Origin: Clostridia bacterium
GTDB lineage: Bacteria; Bacillota; Clostridia; UBA1212; DUPL01
Length of the DNA: 64,000 nucleotides
Reading direction: 5' to 3'
Assembly (NCBI GenBank): GCA_050951325.1
Contig: JBMNIW010000001.1
Coordinates: 129,229-193,228, forward strand
Every line of letters starts with the position of its first letter. The stretch's first letter is position 1. Of the stretch, positions 37,852 through 48,305 are shown in pieces. The notes under the pieces were generated by a model. The model was not told the DNA's origin. It saw nothing but the letters and a program-made list of their open reading frames with translations, and ran no database searches. The translations under genes and the position numbers were made by a program.

Positions 37852-40350
37852 ATGAGAAAGTTGCTGTTTTTTGTAATTGCTTCAATACTATTTTTAGTGA
37901 TGCTGATGCTTGCTGCCAGCAACGAACAGACCAATATAATTTCAATCGAGCCATATTACCACAACATGTATGAAGAAAGTGGAGAATCTTATGAAGTTGC
38001 CTTAAACAACAACACGGAAGTGGCTGTTCAGTTCCACGCAACCACCTCGTTTAATGGATTTAACATATTCTTCTCTGGTGGGCTAATATCGAGAAATCCA
38101 TACTTGACCGTGTCTTTGTATGAATGGAATGCAAACTATGCCAAAACCATCAAAGGCAATCCTGTGTTTACACAGAAGTACTTTATTAACAAAAGAGGCA
38201 TATGGCTGGAAGTTAACACACCCGAAACGAAAAAAGGTGAGTACCTTTTAGTTGTAAACGATGCTTATGGAGGTCTGAATGCAGAGGTGGTACTCCCTGC
38301 CACACCAAATACCATGACATATGTGGACAGAACGGAAACCTATGGCAGTCTCATGTGTACAATCAAATATATTAACACACCTGATAAAAAACTAGGTGCA
38401 ATCTCTGAAAATTACAGAGAGTACAACAATACTGCAGACACTTGGGTTTATACAGATGGCCTTGGAAGGAAAAATCCAGATTATTCAAAGGTGAGATCAA
38501 AACAAAAGGATAAGTTTGTCGGAATATTTTATCATACATGGCATGCAAAACACTCAAAAGTAAATAGCAGGAATATTACTGAAATACTAAAGGAACATCC
38601 CGAAATCAAGAACAATTATAGCAGCCCTATATGGCCAAAGGAATCCACAAACTATTTCTGGAATGAACCCTTGTTTGGATATTACAATAACGGAGTTGAC
38701 AGATGGGTACTAAGAAAGCATGCAGAAATGCTTGCAGATGCAGGAGTTGATGTGGTCATCTTCGACCAGACAAATGGCACAGACACTTTTATGGAAGCAA
38801 TAATGACATTGCTTGAAGTGTTTGCCAAAGCCAGGGCTGATGGTGTCAAGGCACCCTGCATTACAGCCATGCTGCCTATGTTTGATTATGGCAATGCCGC
38901 CATCCAGCTAAGGGAGATGTATGACAAAATTTACTCAAAAGGTCTATATAAAGACCTATGGTTCTACTGGGATGGAAAGCCTTTGATGCTGACATGGCCT
39001 GGCAATCTGAATATTAACAACCCAAAAGACAAGGAGATATTTGAGTTCTTTACATACCGTCCGATAAACCCATCATATAGAGAGGATGACGCCCAGGCTC
39101 TGGGACCTGATGGTGAAATAACCATCAAATGGAGTCCGCCTCAAGGCGTCAGGGAGGACTATATCAACTGGAAATGGATAAGCATTTATCCTCAAGCGGT
39201 GGCTTACAGAAAGGATGGAACACCTGAACAAATGTGTGTATGCATCGCACAAAACTGGAGCAAGGAACAAGGCATAACCGCAATGAATGCAGGAGACCAT
39301 GTATTCGGCCGTTCCTACTCTGATAAAAAAGGATATGACTTGAGTAAGGACGGAAAGCTTTATGGTGCAAACTTTGCCGAACAGTTTGAATATGCTTTGA
39401 AGGTTGATCCGGACTTCATCTTCATAACCGGCTGGAATGAATGGGTGGCAGGCAGATTCCAGGAGATGTGGGGTACTGAAAATGCATTTCCTGATAACTT
39501 CAGTGACAACTACAGTAGAGATATTGAGCCATCCAAGGGAGATTTGAAGGATCACTACTACTACCAAATGGTCACGTATATTAGACGTTTCAAAGGTACG
39601 GACGGTTTTCAAAGAAGCAGCGGCAAGAAGAAAATAGACATATACTCGGATTCTGATCAATGGCACGATGTAAAACCTTGGTTTCACGCCTACGAAGGAA
39701 ATACCTTTGCAAGAGAATATGACGGATACAAAGGTTTTACTTACTTTAACGATACAGGCAGAAATGATATTATTGGCGCAAAGGTTGCTTACGATGACAA
39801 CAACATATACTTCATGGTTGAAACCAGAGATGATTTAACCAGCCACACGGATAAAGCCTGGATGCGTTTGTTTATTGATGTAAATGACTCCAAAGATAAT
39901 TGGGAAACATTTGAATATGTAATAAACAGAATCAATCCAAGCGACAAGAAAGCATATTTGGAAAGGTCAACGGGAGGATACAATTGGGAACTGGTTGGAG
40001 AGGTTGACTATGCCGCAAAAGGCAACAGACTGCAGATTGCGGTGCCTAAAAAACTACTTGGCATTAAGGGAGACAAATTCGAATTCAATTTTAAATGGGC
40101 TGACAACACACAAGAAGAAGGAGATGTAATGGACTTCTATATTAGTGGAGACACTGCTCCTCTTGGCAGATTCAAATACCGTTTTGTATCAGCATCGCAA
40201 GGAAAGTGGCTCGATTTCAAAAACAGCCCCTTCCCAATAATCATAATCGCATCATTGTCTCTAATACTTCTATTTTCTTTTGTATTTTTTGTCTGGAAGA
40301 TAAGACTAAGGAAAAATATAAACAGGGGTGATACCAATGAGAGGAATTAA
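37852..40350 (+). CDS. Membrane-anchored TIM-barrel glycoside-hydrolase-like protein (N-terminal beta-domain, catalytic-like barrel, C-terminal beta-region, TM anchor).
   Basis: ATG 37852 follows GGAGGAG. Signal MRKLLFFVIASILFLVMLMLAAS. FYHTWHAKHS, FWNEPLFGYY, AGVDVVIFDQTNG, FIFITGWNEWVAGRF. Tail PIIIIASLSLILLFSFVFFVWKIRLRKN. Paralogue of 1..1524. Confidence 0.75.
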   Translation: MRKLLFFVIASILFLVMLMLAASNEQTNIISIEPYYHNMYEESGESYEVALNNNTEVAVQFHATTSFNGFNIFFSGGLISRNPYLTVSLYEWNANYAKTIKGNPVFTQKYFINKRGIWLEVNTPETKKGEYLLVVNDAYGGLNAEVVLPATPNTMTYVDRTETYGSLMCTIKYINTPDKKLGAISENYREYNNTADTWVYTDGLGRKNPDYSKVRSKQKDKFVGIFYHTWHAKHSKVNSRNITEILKEHPEIKNNYSSPIWPKESTNYFWNEPLFGYYNNGVDRWVLRKHAEMLADAGVDVVIFDQTNGTDTFMEAIMTLLEVFAKARADGVKAPCITAMLPMFDYGNAAIQLREMYDKIYSKGLYKDLWFYWDGKPLMLTWPGNLNINNPKDKEIFEFFTYRPINPSYREDDAQALGPDGEITIKWSPPQGVREDYINWKWISIYPQAVAYRKDGTPEQMCVCIAQNWSKEQGITAMNAGDHVFGRSYSDKKGYDLSKDGKLYGANFAEQFEYALKVDPDFIFITGWNEWVAGRFQEMWGTENAFPDNFSDNYSRDIEPSKGDLKDHYYYQMVTYIRRFKGTDGFQRSSGKKKIDIYSDSDQWHDVKPWFHAYEGNTFAREYDGYKGFTYFNDTGRNDIIGAKVAYDDNNIYFMVETRDDLTSHTDKAWMRLFIDVNDSKDNWETFEYVINRINPSDKKAYLERSTGGYNWELVGEVDYAAKGNRLQIAVPKKLLGIKGDKFEFNFKWADNTQEEGDVMDFYISGDTAPLGRFKYRFVSASQGKWLDFKNSPFPIIIIASLSLILLFSFVFFVWKIRLRKNINRGDTNERN

Positions 40351-42043
40351 GCATCACGTTGATTTCTGTGTAGTAGGCGGTGGTATGGCTGGTGTTTGTG
40401 CTGCATTGTCTGCAGCAAGACACGGAGTCAAAGTTGCACTTATGCAGGACAGGCCTGTTCTCGGCGGAAATGCGTCCTCAGAAATTCGTATGTGGATTTG
40501 TGGCGCAAGAGGCAAAAACAATAGAGAAACAGGTATTCTGGAAGAACTTGTTCTTGAGAATCTGTACAGAAATAACCCTCCCAACTACCATATCTGGGAC
40601 AGTGTCCTATATGAGAAAGTCAAAGAGAATGAAAATATTTTTCTTTTACTCAACTGCAGCTGTCTGGATGCAGAGATGGAGGGAAACGTTATAAAATCAG
40701 TCACAGGATGGCAAACCACCACCCAGACAAAACACCAGATTTTCGCAAAATACTTTGCTGACTGTTCCGGAGACAGTATACTTGCTCCTTTGACGAATGC
40801 CGAATACAGGGTTGGAAGAGAATCGAGAGATGAGTTTGGCGAGTCAATACAACCAGAGAGTCCTGACAGGAAAACCATGGGGCACAGCATTTTGCTTCAA
40901 ATAAGAGAGACAAATACAAAATCAACCTTTATACCTCCCAAATTTGCATACAAATTTGATGAAGATGACTTGCAATACCGAAATCATCAAATTGGCTCCA
41001 ACTTCTGGTGGATAGAACTGGGCGGAGAAGACGATACAATATATGATACGGAGTCCATAAGAGATGAACTCCTTAAGATTGCTTTTGGGGTTTGGGACCA
41101 TATGAAAAACCACGGCAACCATGGTGTTGACAACTATGTGCTTGACTGGATTGGGTTCTTGCCCGGAAAACGAGAAAGCAGAAGGTATGTTGGGGATTAC
41201 ATAATGACTCAAAACGACATAGAAAAAGAAGGCAGATTCCATGACATAGTTGCCTATGGCGGTTGGTCCATGGACGATCATCCTCCAGGAGGATTCAGAC
41301 ATAAAGGAAAACCAACAACCCACCATCCCGCCCCCTCCCCTTACGGCATCCCCTATAGGGTTCTGTACTCAAAAAACATAGAAAACCTGTTCTTTGCAGG
41401 CAGAAACATAAGCGTCACCCACGCAGCTTTAAGCTCAACAAGAGTCATGGGTACTTGCAGCGTGCTTGGCCAGGCTGTGGGCACAGCCGCTTCGATTTGT
41501 ATCAAGAACAACCTAACACCAAGAGGAATTTACGAAAGCAAGATAAAGGAGCTGCAAAAGCTTCTGATGTTTGATGATTGCTATCTTCCATTTATGAAAA
41601 GAGAAGTAACACCTCTTGCCAAAGAGGCAGTATTGGATGAAAAATATGAGAATATAAGGAATGGGTATGACAGACCTATAGAAGATGAGGACAATGGCGT
41701 TTACCTCAATCTTGGAGAGAGTATTGAATTTTCATATGATCAGTATGTGAAAACAAAGGGCTTGAGAATTGTATTTGACAGCAACCTTAACCGAAAAAAT
41801 CACAACATGCCTTGTTATTACCCATTGGAAATTGCAGACTTTCATGTTCCAAAGACTCTGGTAAAGGAATTTATTGTTACTGCAGATACTCCTGAAGGAA
41901 CCAAGGTTGTGCACAAGGAAGAAAACAACTACCAGAGACTGGTTTTTCTTGAGTTTAATGAAACAGTAAAGTCAATAAGTATAACACTGGTTTCCACATG
42001 GGGAGAAGAAAGGGCCCATATTTTCTCAATAGACGTTCTGTAA
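40337..42043 (+). CDS. FAD-dependent oxidoreductase (FAD_oxidored / PF12831-like).
   Basis: DFCVVGGGMAGVCAAL (GxGxxG). ATG 40337 follows AGGGGTGATACCA and overlaps the upstream stop by 14 nt. Confidence 0.7.
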   Translation: MRGIKHHVDFCVVGGGMAGVCAALSAARHGVKVALMQDRPVLGGNASSEIRMWICGARGKNNRETGILEELVLENLYRNNPPNYHIWDSVLYEKVKENENIFLLLNCSCLDAEMEGNVIKSVTGWQTTTQTKHQIFAKYFADCSGDSILAPLTNAEYRVGRESRDEFGESIQPESPDRKTMGHSILLQIRETNTKSTFIPPKFAYKFDEDDLQYRNHQIGSNFWWIELGGEDDTIYDTESIRDELLKIAFGVWDHMKNHGNHGVDNYVLDWIGFLPGKRESRRYVGDYIMTQNDIEKEGRFHDIVAYGGWSMDDHPPGGFRHKGKPTTHHPAPSPYGIPYRVLYSKNIENLFFAGRNISVTHAALSSTRVMGTCSVLGQAVGTAASICIKNNLTPRGIYESKIKELQKLLMFDDCYLPFMKREVTPLAKEAVLDEKYENIRNGYDRPIEDEDNGVYLNLGESIEFSYDQYVKTKGLRIVFDSNLNRKNHNMPCYYPLEIADFHVPKTLVKEFIVTADTPEGTKVVHKEENNYQRLVFLEFNETVKSISITLVSTWGEERAHIFSIDVL

Positions 42044-42153
42044 CGGCTTTCCGAAATATCTACAATATTTTTTCAGATAACCGTTATACATAAGACAGGA
42101 AAAAGCTTATGGTATAGAATTTATTAACCAGACAGATATGAGGTGAAACATAT

Positions 42154-42939
42154 ATGAAAAATACCTTAGTCAAATGTTTAAATTTATTGATTGTGATAAT
42201 GCTGCTTTCGACATCGGGATGTAAAAACAAAGATGAAGTTGAAAACTCACCCACTCCATATATTACGCCTCTGAAGACTGCAGAACCCACCAGTTCACCA
42301 ACACCAGTACCAAGAGAAATATATGATGGACCGGATTTCGGAAAAAAAGCAGAAATAGAAGTTGATGGGCACCAAATGGATCCAACCGAACGACCTAAAG
42401 AGTTAATGGTGGATGAAGATCCTGATACAAGATGGGCGTTCAAGCTGTTCCCAACCGATGTCATATTCGATTTCGGCGCACCCTTTGTACTTAGTAAAAT
42501 TATTTTTACCTGGCTTAATCTAGAGCGCGAATACTACTACGAAGTATATGCAAGTGTGGATAATAAAAATTGGGAACTAGTAGTTGACCGTTCACAAGAC
42601 TCGGAACCGTATACAACTGTTGATGATTTAAAGGGTGTTTATGCCAGATATCTTTGCATAACACTTATAGACAACTCCGACCAAAACGGATGGGCGGCTA
42701 TTAACGAAGTGGATATTGAAGGTTTCAGGTTCGGTGACTCTGATTATGATGTTGACCTTGAGAATAAACGAATCAAGGTGTCTGAACCATGTGATGTTGA
42801 TACATTTATCAACAACTGCAAACTGGGCAGACTATATGAGGCTTCTGTCCAAACAGATGAAGAGGAAATTAAAGACGGAGATGTTTTGGTTGTAAAATGT
42901 GGCGATGTTGATTTTGAATATGTAATCGTAGTGAATTAA
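42154..42939 (+). CDS. Discoidin-domain lipoprotein, intact copy.
   Basis: Lipobox STSGC. Same architecture as 34094..34858. About 97% nucleotide identity to 44540-44880 over ~340 bp. Confidence 0.7.
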   Translation: MKNTLVKCLNLLIVIMLLSTSGCKNKDEVENSPTPYITPLKTAEPTSSPTPVPREIYDGPDFGKKAEIEVDGHQMDPTERPKELMVDEDPDTRWAFKLFPTDVIFDFGAPFVLSKIIFTWLNLEREYYYEVYASVDNKNWELVVDRSQDSEPYTTVDDLKGVYARYLCITLIDNSDQNGWAAINEVDIEGFRFGDSDYDVDLENKRIKVSEPCDVDTFINNCKLGRLYEASVQTDEEEIKDGDVLVVKCGDVDFEYVIVVN

Positions 42940-42943
42940 GCTA

Positions 42944-42978
42944 ATATGCGGGATATAAACAATCCCGCATATTTTCAA
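42944..42978. terminator. Bidirectional intrinsic terminator.
   Basis: AUAUGCGGGAU-7 nt-AUCCCGCAUAU followed by UUUUC. Confidence 0.6.
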
Positions 42979-42997
42979 TCCAGCTTTTAACTTTCTG

Positions 42998-43798
42998 TTA
43001 ATCATGCATCATCATAAACTCAAGAAGGTTTCCACCAAGAATCCTTTCCTTGTCTTCATCATCAACATTCAGTGACAAAATACAGGAAATGGCTTCCTTG
43101 ATTTTGTCAGGACCGTTATAAGGGAAATCCAGACCAAAGATTAATCGCTTGACACTTGTCTGCCATATAAGTTCTTCAACTTTCTCATTGCCTAAATACC
43201 AGCATCGGTTTGTACCTCTATCAAACACACTGGTTATTCCAGCATATGTGTTTTTAGGGTTGTTGGACATAACCGCTACAGCCTCATTGAAGAAAGAATA
43301 GCCGCCAACATGTTCAAGGGTAAACTTAAGGTTTCTAAAATTGAATGCAACTTCATCAAACAAAAGGGTGTGACTTTCTCGAATTCTAGCTTTGTGTACT
43401 CCCGTATGAAAAGAGATTGGCAGACCCAATTGTTCTGCTTTCTCATATACCGAATATGCTTTTTTATCGTCCACGGCAAAATGTTGAAAAGCAGGATGCA
43501 TCTTTATTCCATTTAAACCAAGGTCATAAATCTCTTGCACCTGCTCAACGACATTATCCTTATTCATATCTATAACTCCAAATCCATAAAGTCTGTCATC
43601 ATCCTTTATTTTTGAATAAAGCCACCTATTGGGGTTGGTATTCGGTTCCTCATCGTAGTTGAAGTGTCTTGGAAAAGGAGCAAAAGCTACTGCCTGGCTT
43701 ATGCCGCATTCATCCATTACTTGTTTAAGTACGGAAATGGTTCCTTGTGGTCTTTTTGATTCTTGAAAAACATGAGCATGATTTGCAATAATTTTCAT
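42998..43798 (-). CDS. Amidohydrolase-2 family (TIM-barrel metal-dependent hydrolase).
   Basis: MKIIANHAHVF...HTGVH...GLDFPYN. ATG 43798 follows ACAGGAGGCAATGTT; the longer ORF-track start at 43834 has no RBS. Confidence 0.7.
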   Translation of the reverse strand: MKIIANHAHVFQESKRPQGTISVLKQVMDECGISQAVAFAPFPRHFNYDEEPNTNPNRWLYSKIKDDDRLYGFGVIDMNKDNVVEQVQEIYDLGLNGIKMHPAFQHFAVDDKKAYSVYEKAEQLGLPISFHTGVHKARIRESHTLLFDEVAFNFRNLKFTLEHVGGYSFFNEAVAVMSNNPKNTYAGITSVFDRGTNRCWYLGNEKVEELIWQTSVKRLIFGLDFPYNGPDKIKEAISCILSLNVDDEDKERILGGNLLEFMMMHD

Positions 43799-44086
43799 AA
43801 CATTGCCTCCTGTCAGTTTTATTCCATAGCACATATGTCTTTTTCAACTCAGCAAATATATTATACAAAAGCCAATTTCTTTTCTTGTAATTTCACGCCA
43901 CATTTTAAATATTAGTGTAATAATCGGAACTCCTTATTGAGTTTGTAATAACTAAAATTATACTTTCCGTTTTTTATACTACATATTGCTCATAAATCCG
44001 AAACATTAACGTCAATATCTCTTACGGATTTTATACTACAAGAACAACAGAGAAAGAAATAACTGCTTTTTCGGAGGTGATTTAAA

Positions 44087-44873
44087 ATGAAAAAAATTAT
44101 AGCAAAATGCATAAGTGCACTAATGGTACTGGCACTCCTTTTATTACGGGTTGTGACAAGGAAGAAACGTTAAACACACCCACGCAATCTTCCCCTGCAA
44201 CGCCTAGTACAACTGTCCAGCCTACCATCTCGCCAACACGCGAACCTGTTGAAATATATGATGGACCGGATTTCGGAAAAAAAGCTGATATAGAAGTAGA
44301 AGGACATCAAACGAGTCCTAGCGAACGACCCAAAAAGTTTATGGTTGATGGCAATCCTCTTACAAGATGGGCATTTAAACAGTTTCCTACAGACGTGTTC
44401 TTTGATTTTGGCGCACCTTTCATATTAAGCAAGATACATTTAACATGGCACGAGGTTGGACGCACCTACTATTATGAACTGTATGCCAGTTATGATGGAG
44501 AGAAGTGGATATGCTTGCAGATCGTTCGGAAGACTCAGAACCGTATACAACTGTTGATGATTTAAATGGTATTTATGCCAGATATCTTTGCATAACACTT
44601 GTTGACAACTCCGACCATAATGGATGGGCGGCTATTAATGAAGTGGATATTGAAGGTTTCAGGTTCGGTGACTCTGATTATGATATTGACCTTGAGAATA
44701 AACGAATCAAGGTATCTGAACCATGTGATGTTGATACATTTATCAACAACTGCAAACTGGGCAGACTATATGAGGCTTCTGTCCAAACAGATGAAGAGGA
44801 AATTAAAGACGGAGATGTTTTGGTTGTAAAATGCGGTGATGTTGTTTTTGAATATGAGATTGTAATTGGATAA
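44087..44873 (+). pseudogene. Frameshifted copy of the discoidin-lipoprotein gene.
   Basis: RBS GGAGGTGATTTAAA plus ATG 44087. The signal peptide (MKKIIAKCISALMVLALLLL) is in a different frame from the lipobox TGCDKEE (~44150). A second shift near 44500 (DGEKW | VDMLADRSEDSEPY). Each is a 1-nt frameshift relative to the 42154 copy. Confidence 0.65.
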
Positions 44874-44888
44874 GCGCAGTTAGTAAAA

Positions 44889-44928
44889 GATAACGGGACG
44901 TGGCAACACACGTCCCATTATCTTTGAT
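44889..44928 (+). terminator. Intrinsic terminator.
   Basis: GAUAACGGGACGUG-6 nt-CACGUCCCAUUAUC followed by UUUGAUUG. Confidence 0.6.
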
Positions 44929-45098
44929 TGCGCAGAATGCTGTAGTCATCCAACAATACAGGAGGTAGTTATTGGTCTTGTTTTTATCCAAACAGGTAGC
45001 GATACTTATTCCCCCTAATGCACTCTGCAAGTACATATTTTTGCCGTCCTAAAACCAATGCGCATCGCCTACCAAGGTGATTTCAAATATTTCATATA

Positions 45099-45424
45099 TA
45101 TTATACTAAATTAATCGGATTTTTATAATATTTTTTTATCACTTTTTATAATTTTTGTACAGAAATCGGAACTCTTTTTTATTTGTAAATTTTATGTTAA
45201 CACCCTTGATTATGACGTTACGTAATGTTTTATACTATCAGGGAGGTGATAAATAATGAATGAAGACTGCTTGTTTACAGTAGGAGAACTTGCAAAAAAA
45301 TGTGGAGTTACTGTGCGAACGCTGCAATACTACGACCAATGCGGATTACTTTCGCCCAGCCGCTACTCGGAAGGTGGAAGACGCCTTTACAGTATTGATG
45401 ATGTTTTGCGTTTGCAGCAAATCC
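45099..45424. repeat. Left copy of a 326-bp direct repeat (target duplication) flanking the IS1634-like composite.
   Basis: Identical to 51049..51374 at every position compared by eye. Carries the merR promoter region and codons 1-56. Confidence 0.85.
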
Positions 45425-45453
45425 CCGTCTTCCGTCATAAGGTACTAGTATAA
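45256..45453 (+). pseudogene. 5' fragment of the merR-like gene (codons 1-56), reading into the IS end.
   Basis: MNEDCLFTVGELAKKCGVTVRTLQYYDQCGLLSPSRYSEGGRRLYSIDDVLRLQQI is identical to the N-terminus of 51206..51988, then diverges (PVFRHKVLV*). Confidence 0.75.
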
Positions 45454-45620
45454 TCCGTAATTCCAAAATAGATATGCATTGTTATTAACTTATAAACCTT
45501 GGAAAACCTACATTTTATTTGTGTTTACACCAGAAAAATCTGGTGTTTTTTTCTTGCAAAAAAATTTTATGCATGATATAATAATAGTACTTCATAGTAC
45601 CCTGAAAACGGAGGATTAAC

Positions 45621-46441
45621 ATGGCATACTTTTTACGTAAAGATAAAAGAAAAAATGGTTTATATCTTCAAATGTACGAAAATTATTGGGATAAGAATTT
45701 GAAACAGGCAAGAACAAGACATATTTGTTCCTTCGGATATGTTGAGGATCTTGTTTCCGACGATATTCCTGATCCTATTGCATAACAACTTCAATCAAAA
45801 TCGAAGAACATAATTATGGTCTTTACATTTATTACAATAAGACAAATGCAGCTGCAGAAGAAAATAGACTCTTCGATCATGTAGACAGGTTAGAAAAAGA
45901 AATCATAAAGAAAATGAAGCCGGTGCGCCACAACCGCTATACAAAGTATTATACTATCGAAGAGGCTAAAGAAGGTGAGATTCGTTCTTTTGAAAGAAAC
46001 TATGACAAAATTGCAGAAGCTTGCGAGCTATTAGGTGTGTTTTGCTTCTTAAGCACTGAGCAAGGAATGTCCCCTGCAGAAGCGCTAGAACTATACAAGA
46101 GACGAGATGAAATTGAAAAGATTTATGATGTATCAAAAAATGAACTTGATGCAGATCGTTTTTTGGTTCAAACGGATCAAACTGCAAAAGGCAAACATTT
46201 TGTTCATTTCTTAGCGCTAATCTTATGGGCTGACTTGCAAAGAAAAGTTCGTCAGTGCGATAACAAACCCGAGAAGACAATAGAGCGCATGCTTTGTGAA
46301 ATCAAGAAAATCAAATATATTGAATACGAAAGTGGCCGAACTCTTGCTGAACCTCTTACACGTAAACAAAAGGATATTTTAGACTGCTGTGGTATTGATA
46401 AGAATACTTTTGTAGAAAGAATAGTAGCGGGTGTTATGTAG
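45621..46441 (+). pseudogene. IS1634-type transposase remnants: N-terminal 54 codons (45621..45785) and a C-terminal DDE fragment of a second copy (45914..46441).
   Basis: MAYFLRKDKRKNGLYLQMYENYW...IPDPIA* resembles IS1634-family TnpA N-termini. The 175-aa fragment has the YKRRDEIEKIYDVSKNEL (Y-R-E-K) C-terminal motif. Confidence 0.5.
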
Positions 46442-46661
46442 ACTATAAAAGCAACGGGAATTCAGGTTAAATAAATCAAGTTTGCTAGGTTTATTCCGCT
46501 TTCTTGGCTTTCCTTTATATCCTTCATGATATTTCTTTACCGTCCTCCAATCCATATTATATTTTCTACCAAGAGCTGCATAGTTAGGTTTAATCTCTAA
46601 GTTATCCATAATTGTCAGTTCTCCTTGTAAATTGTATTGCATATTGATCCACCTCCATAGA
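46379..46661 (-). pseudogene. N-terminal HTH fragment of another transposase (IS21/IS30-like?) preceded by a 41-nt IS-end sequence that recurs at 48841..48881.
   Basis: MQYNLQGELTIMDNLEIKPNYAALGRKYNMDWRTVKKYHEGYKGKPRKR. The shared 41 nt are TACTTTCTATGGAGGTGGATCAATATGCAATACAATTTACA. Confidence 0.35.
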
Positions 46662-47097
46662 AAGTATACCAATATATTCAAAAAGACAAAATAAGAATGT
46701 AGGTTTTACGACAATTTTATTTTGCATTTTTCCTACATTCTTATTATAAACTTTGCAAAAGACCTTGGGACGCTGTCCCAAACCCTGTCCTCGCCAGAAG
46801 GCAGCCGGTCTATTATTTAGACCAGCAAGCAAGAGGATAATAGGTTATCTTTGTCAAGGGTCAAGATAAATTCGCTTTCGCTCCCCCTTGACAAAACTTT
46901 TAAGGAGTCAGGGCTATTTTAGTGTACCCTTCTTTATAAAAAACATTAAAAAGAAAAAAGACTTCATTTACTGGAAAACAGGTCATTTTAGGCGATTAAA
47001 CAGCTGAATTTACCACAATAATGTATGGGATATTTCTAAATAAAACACCATCACTATTTATTACAACTTTTCCGAAATTATTCATGTAAAGTAATTA

Positions 47098-47126
47098 TTG
47101 ACAATGTGTTAGATTTCGTGTATTAT
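47098..47126 (+). promoter_or_regulatory. Strong consensus-like sigma-A promoter inside the AT-rich cargo.
   Basis: TTGACA - 17 nt - TATTAT. A second TG-extended -10 (TGATATAAT) lies 10 nt downstream. Confidence 0.4.
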
Positions 47127-47612
47127 AAAAACAGTGATATAATACGAGTTATATAGATGCAGTATATTTGAAATAAAACTAAAAGTGGGATTAGTGTAAG
47201 GATTCGAAAAATGTAATTATATTGTAGTGTCATATAGATTAAAAAAACTTGAGAATTTAATTTTAATGATTAGGTGGATTTTGGTGCTATTCCAGATTAT
47301 GCAAAGGTCATCGCAAGCCTGATGCTTATACCACATTTAGGGTGACTTACTGCATGAAAATTGTAGAGGGGAATTATCAGCCTGTAATTCATATGCAGTA
47401 TTACTTGTCTGGTTCTAAGTACATGGTATGATAATAATAAAAGGAGTTGCAAGTATTTTAGGGAACTAGGTTGTTTCTGATTAGGTGTTATACAACGAAA
47501 GAAAACTCAGAGAAAACAGTCTAGTAGTACAACTAATTTGTAGTTTTCACACGATGGAAAAGCCTCTTTAAGAAAGTAAAAGAGTTTATTAGTAAAAAGG
47601 AGAGATTTACTC

Positions 47613-48305
47613 ATGTATATTCGGAAAGCTATTGTTATTATTTTGATGCTTATTATGACATTTACTTTAGCTACTACTGCAAAAGAGAAAGATAATGTTG
47701 ACGATATTTTTAAAGAGGCAGAAGTAGCATATTCGTGGTTTACTAGTTTCTGTATTCATACGACAATTGGTAAATTAGATTTTGAAAACCCACCTTTAGT
47801 ATTAGACGGTACTAAATACTATAAGCTTATCGATGGCATAACAAACATGGATAACCTAAAAAGTCATTTATTAACTTTGTTTTCACCAGAGGTGGTCGAG
47901 AATCTTCTTTCAAGCGAGATTGATGGCCATAAATATTTTATAGAGAAAGATAGAAACTTATACTATACATTAGATGCGATAGGGTTAAATGATTATACTA
48001 TTGGCGAACGAAAGCTAACTATCAAGGGAGAGTATGGTAATAGTATAACTTGCGAGCTTGAATATAAGGTTGTTGACGATGATGGAAATATGTACAAAAA
48101 AGAGTACATTGAGTATCAACTTGTAAAGAACGATTCAGGTAATTACGTTTTCACCAGTTTTACTCTTCCTGCTTCAAAATGGACTTTTTACGAGAATAAC
48201 CCACAATCCGATGATACTGTATCAAAGATTGGTTTTATTATTATACTAGCTGTAGTTACTGTGATCTTTAAAAGATACAACTATCTATATATTAATTCTA
48301 ATTAG
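47613..48305 (+). CDS. Hypothetical secreted protein with a C-terminal TM anchor, AT-rich cargo gene.
   Basis: Signal MYIRKAIVIILMLIMTFTLATTA. Tail IGFIIILAVVTVIFKRYN. RBS AAAAGGAGAG. Codon usage is visibly more AT-rich than the surrounding genes. Confidence 0.5.
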   Translation: MYIRKAIVIILMLIMTFTLATTAKEKDNVDDIFKEAEVAYSWFTSFCIHTTIGKLDFENPPLVLDGTKYYKLIDGITNMDNLKSHLLTLFSPEVVENLLSSEIDGHKYFIEKDRNLYYTLDAIGLNDYTIGERKLTIKGEYGNSITCELEYKVVDDDGNMYKKEYIEYQLVKNDSGNYVFTSFTLPASKWTFYENNPQSDDTVSKIGFIIILAVVTVIFKRYNYLYINSN

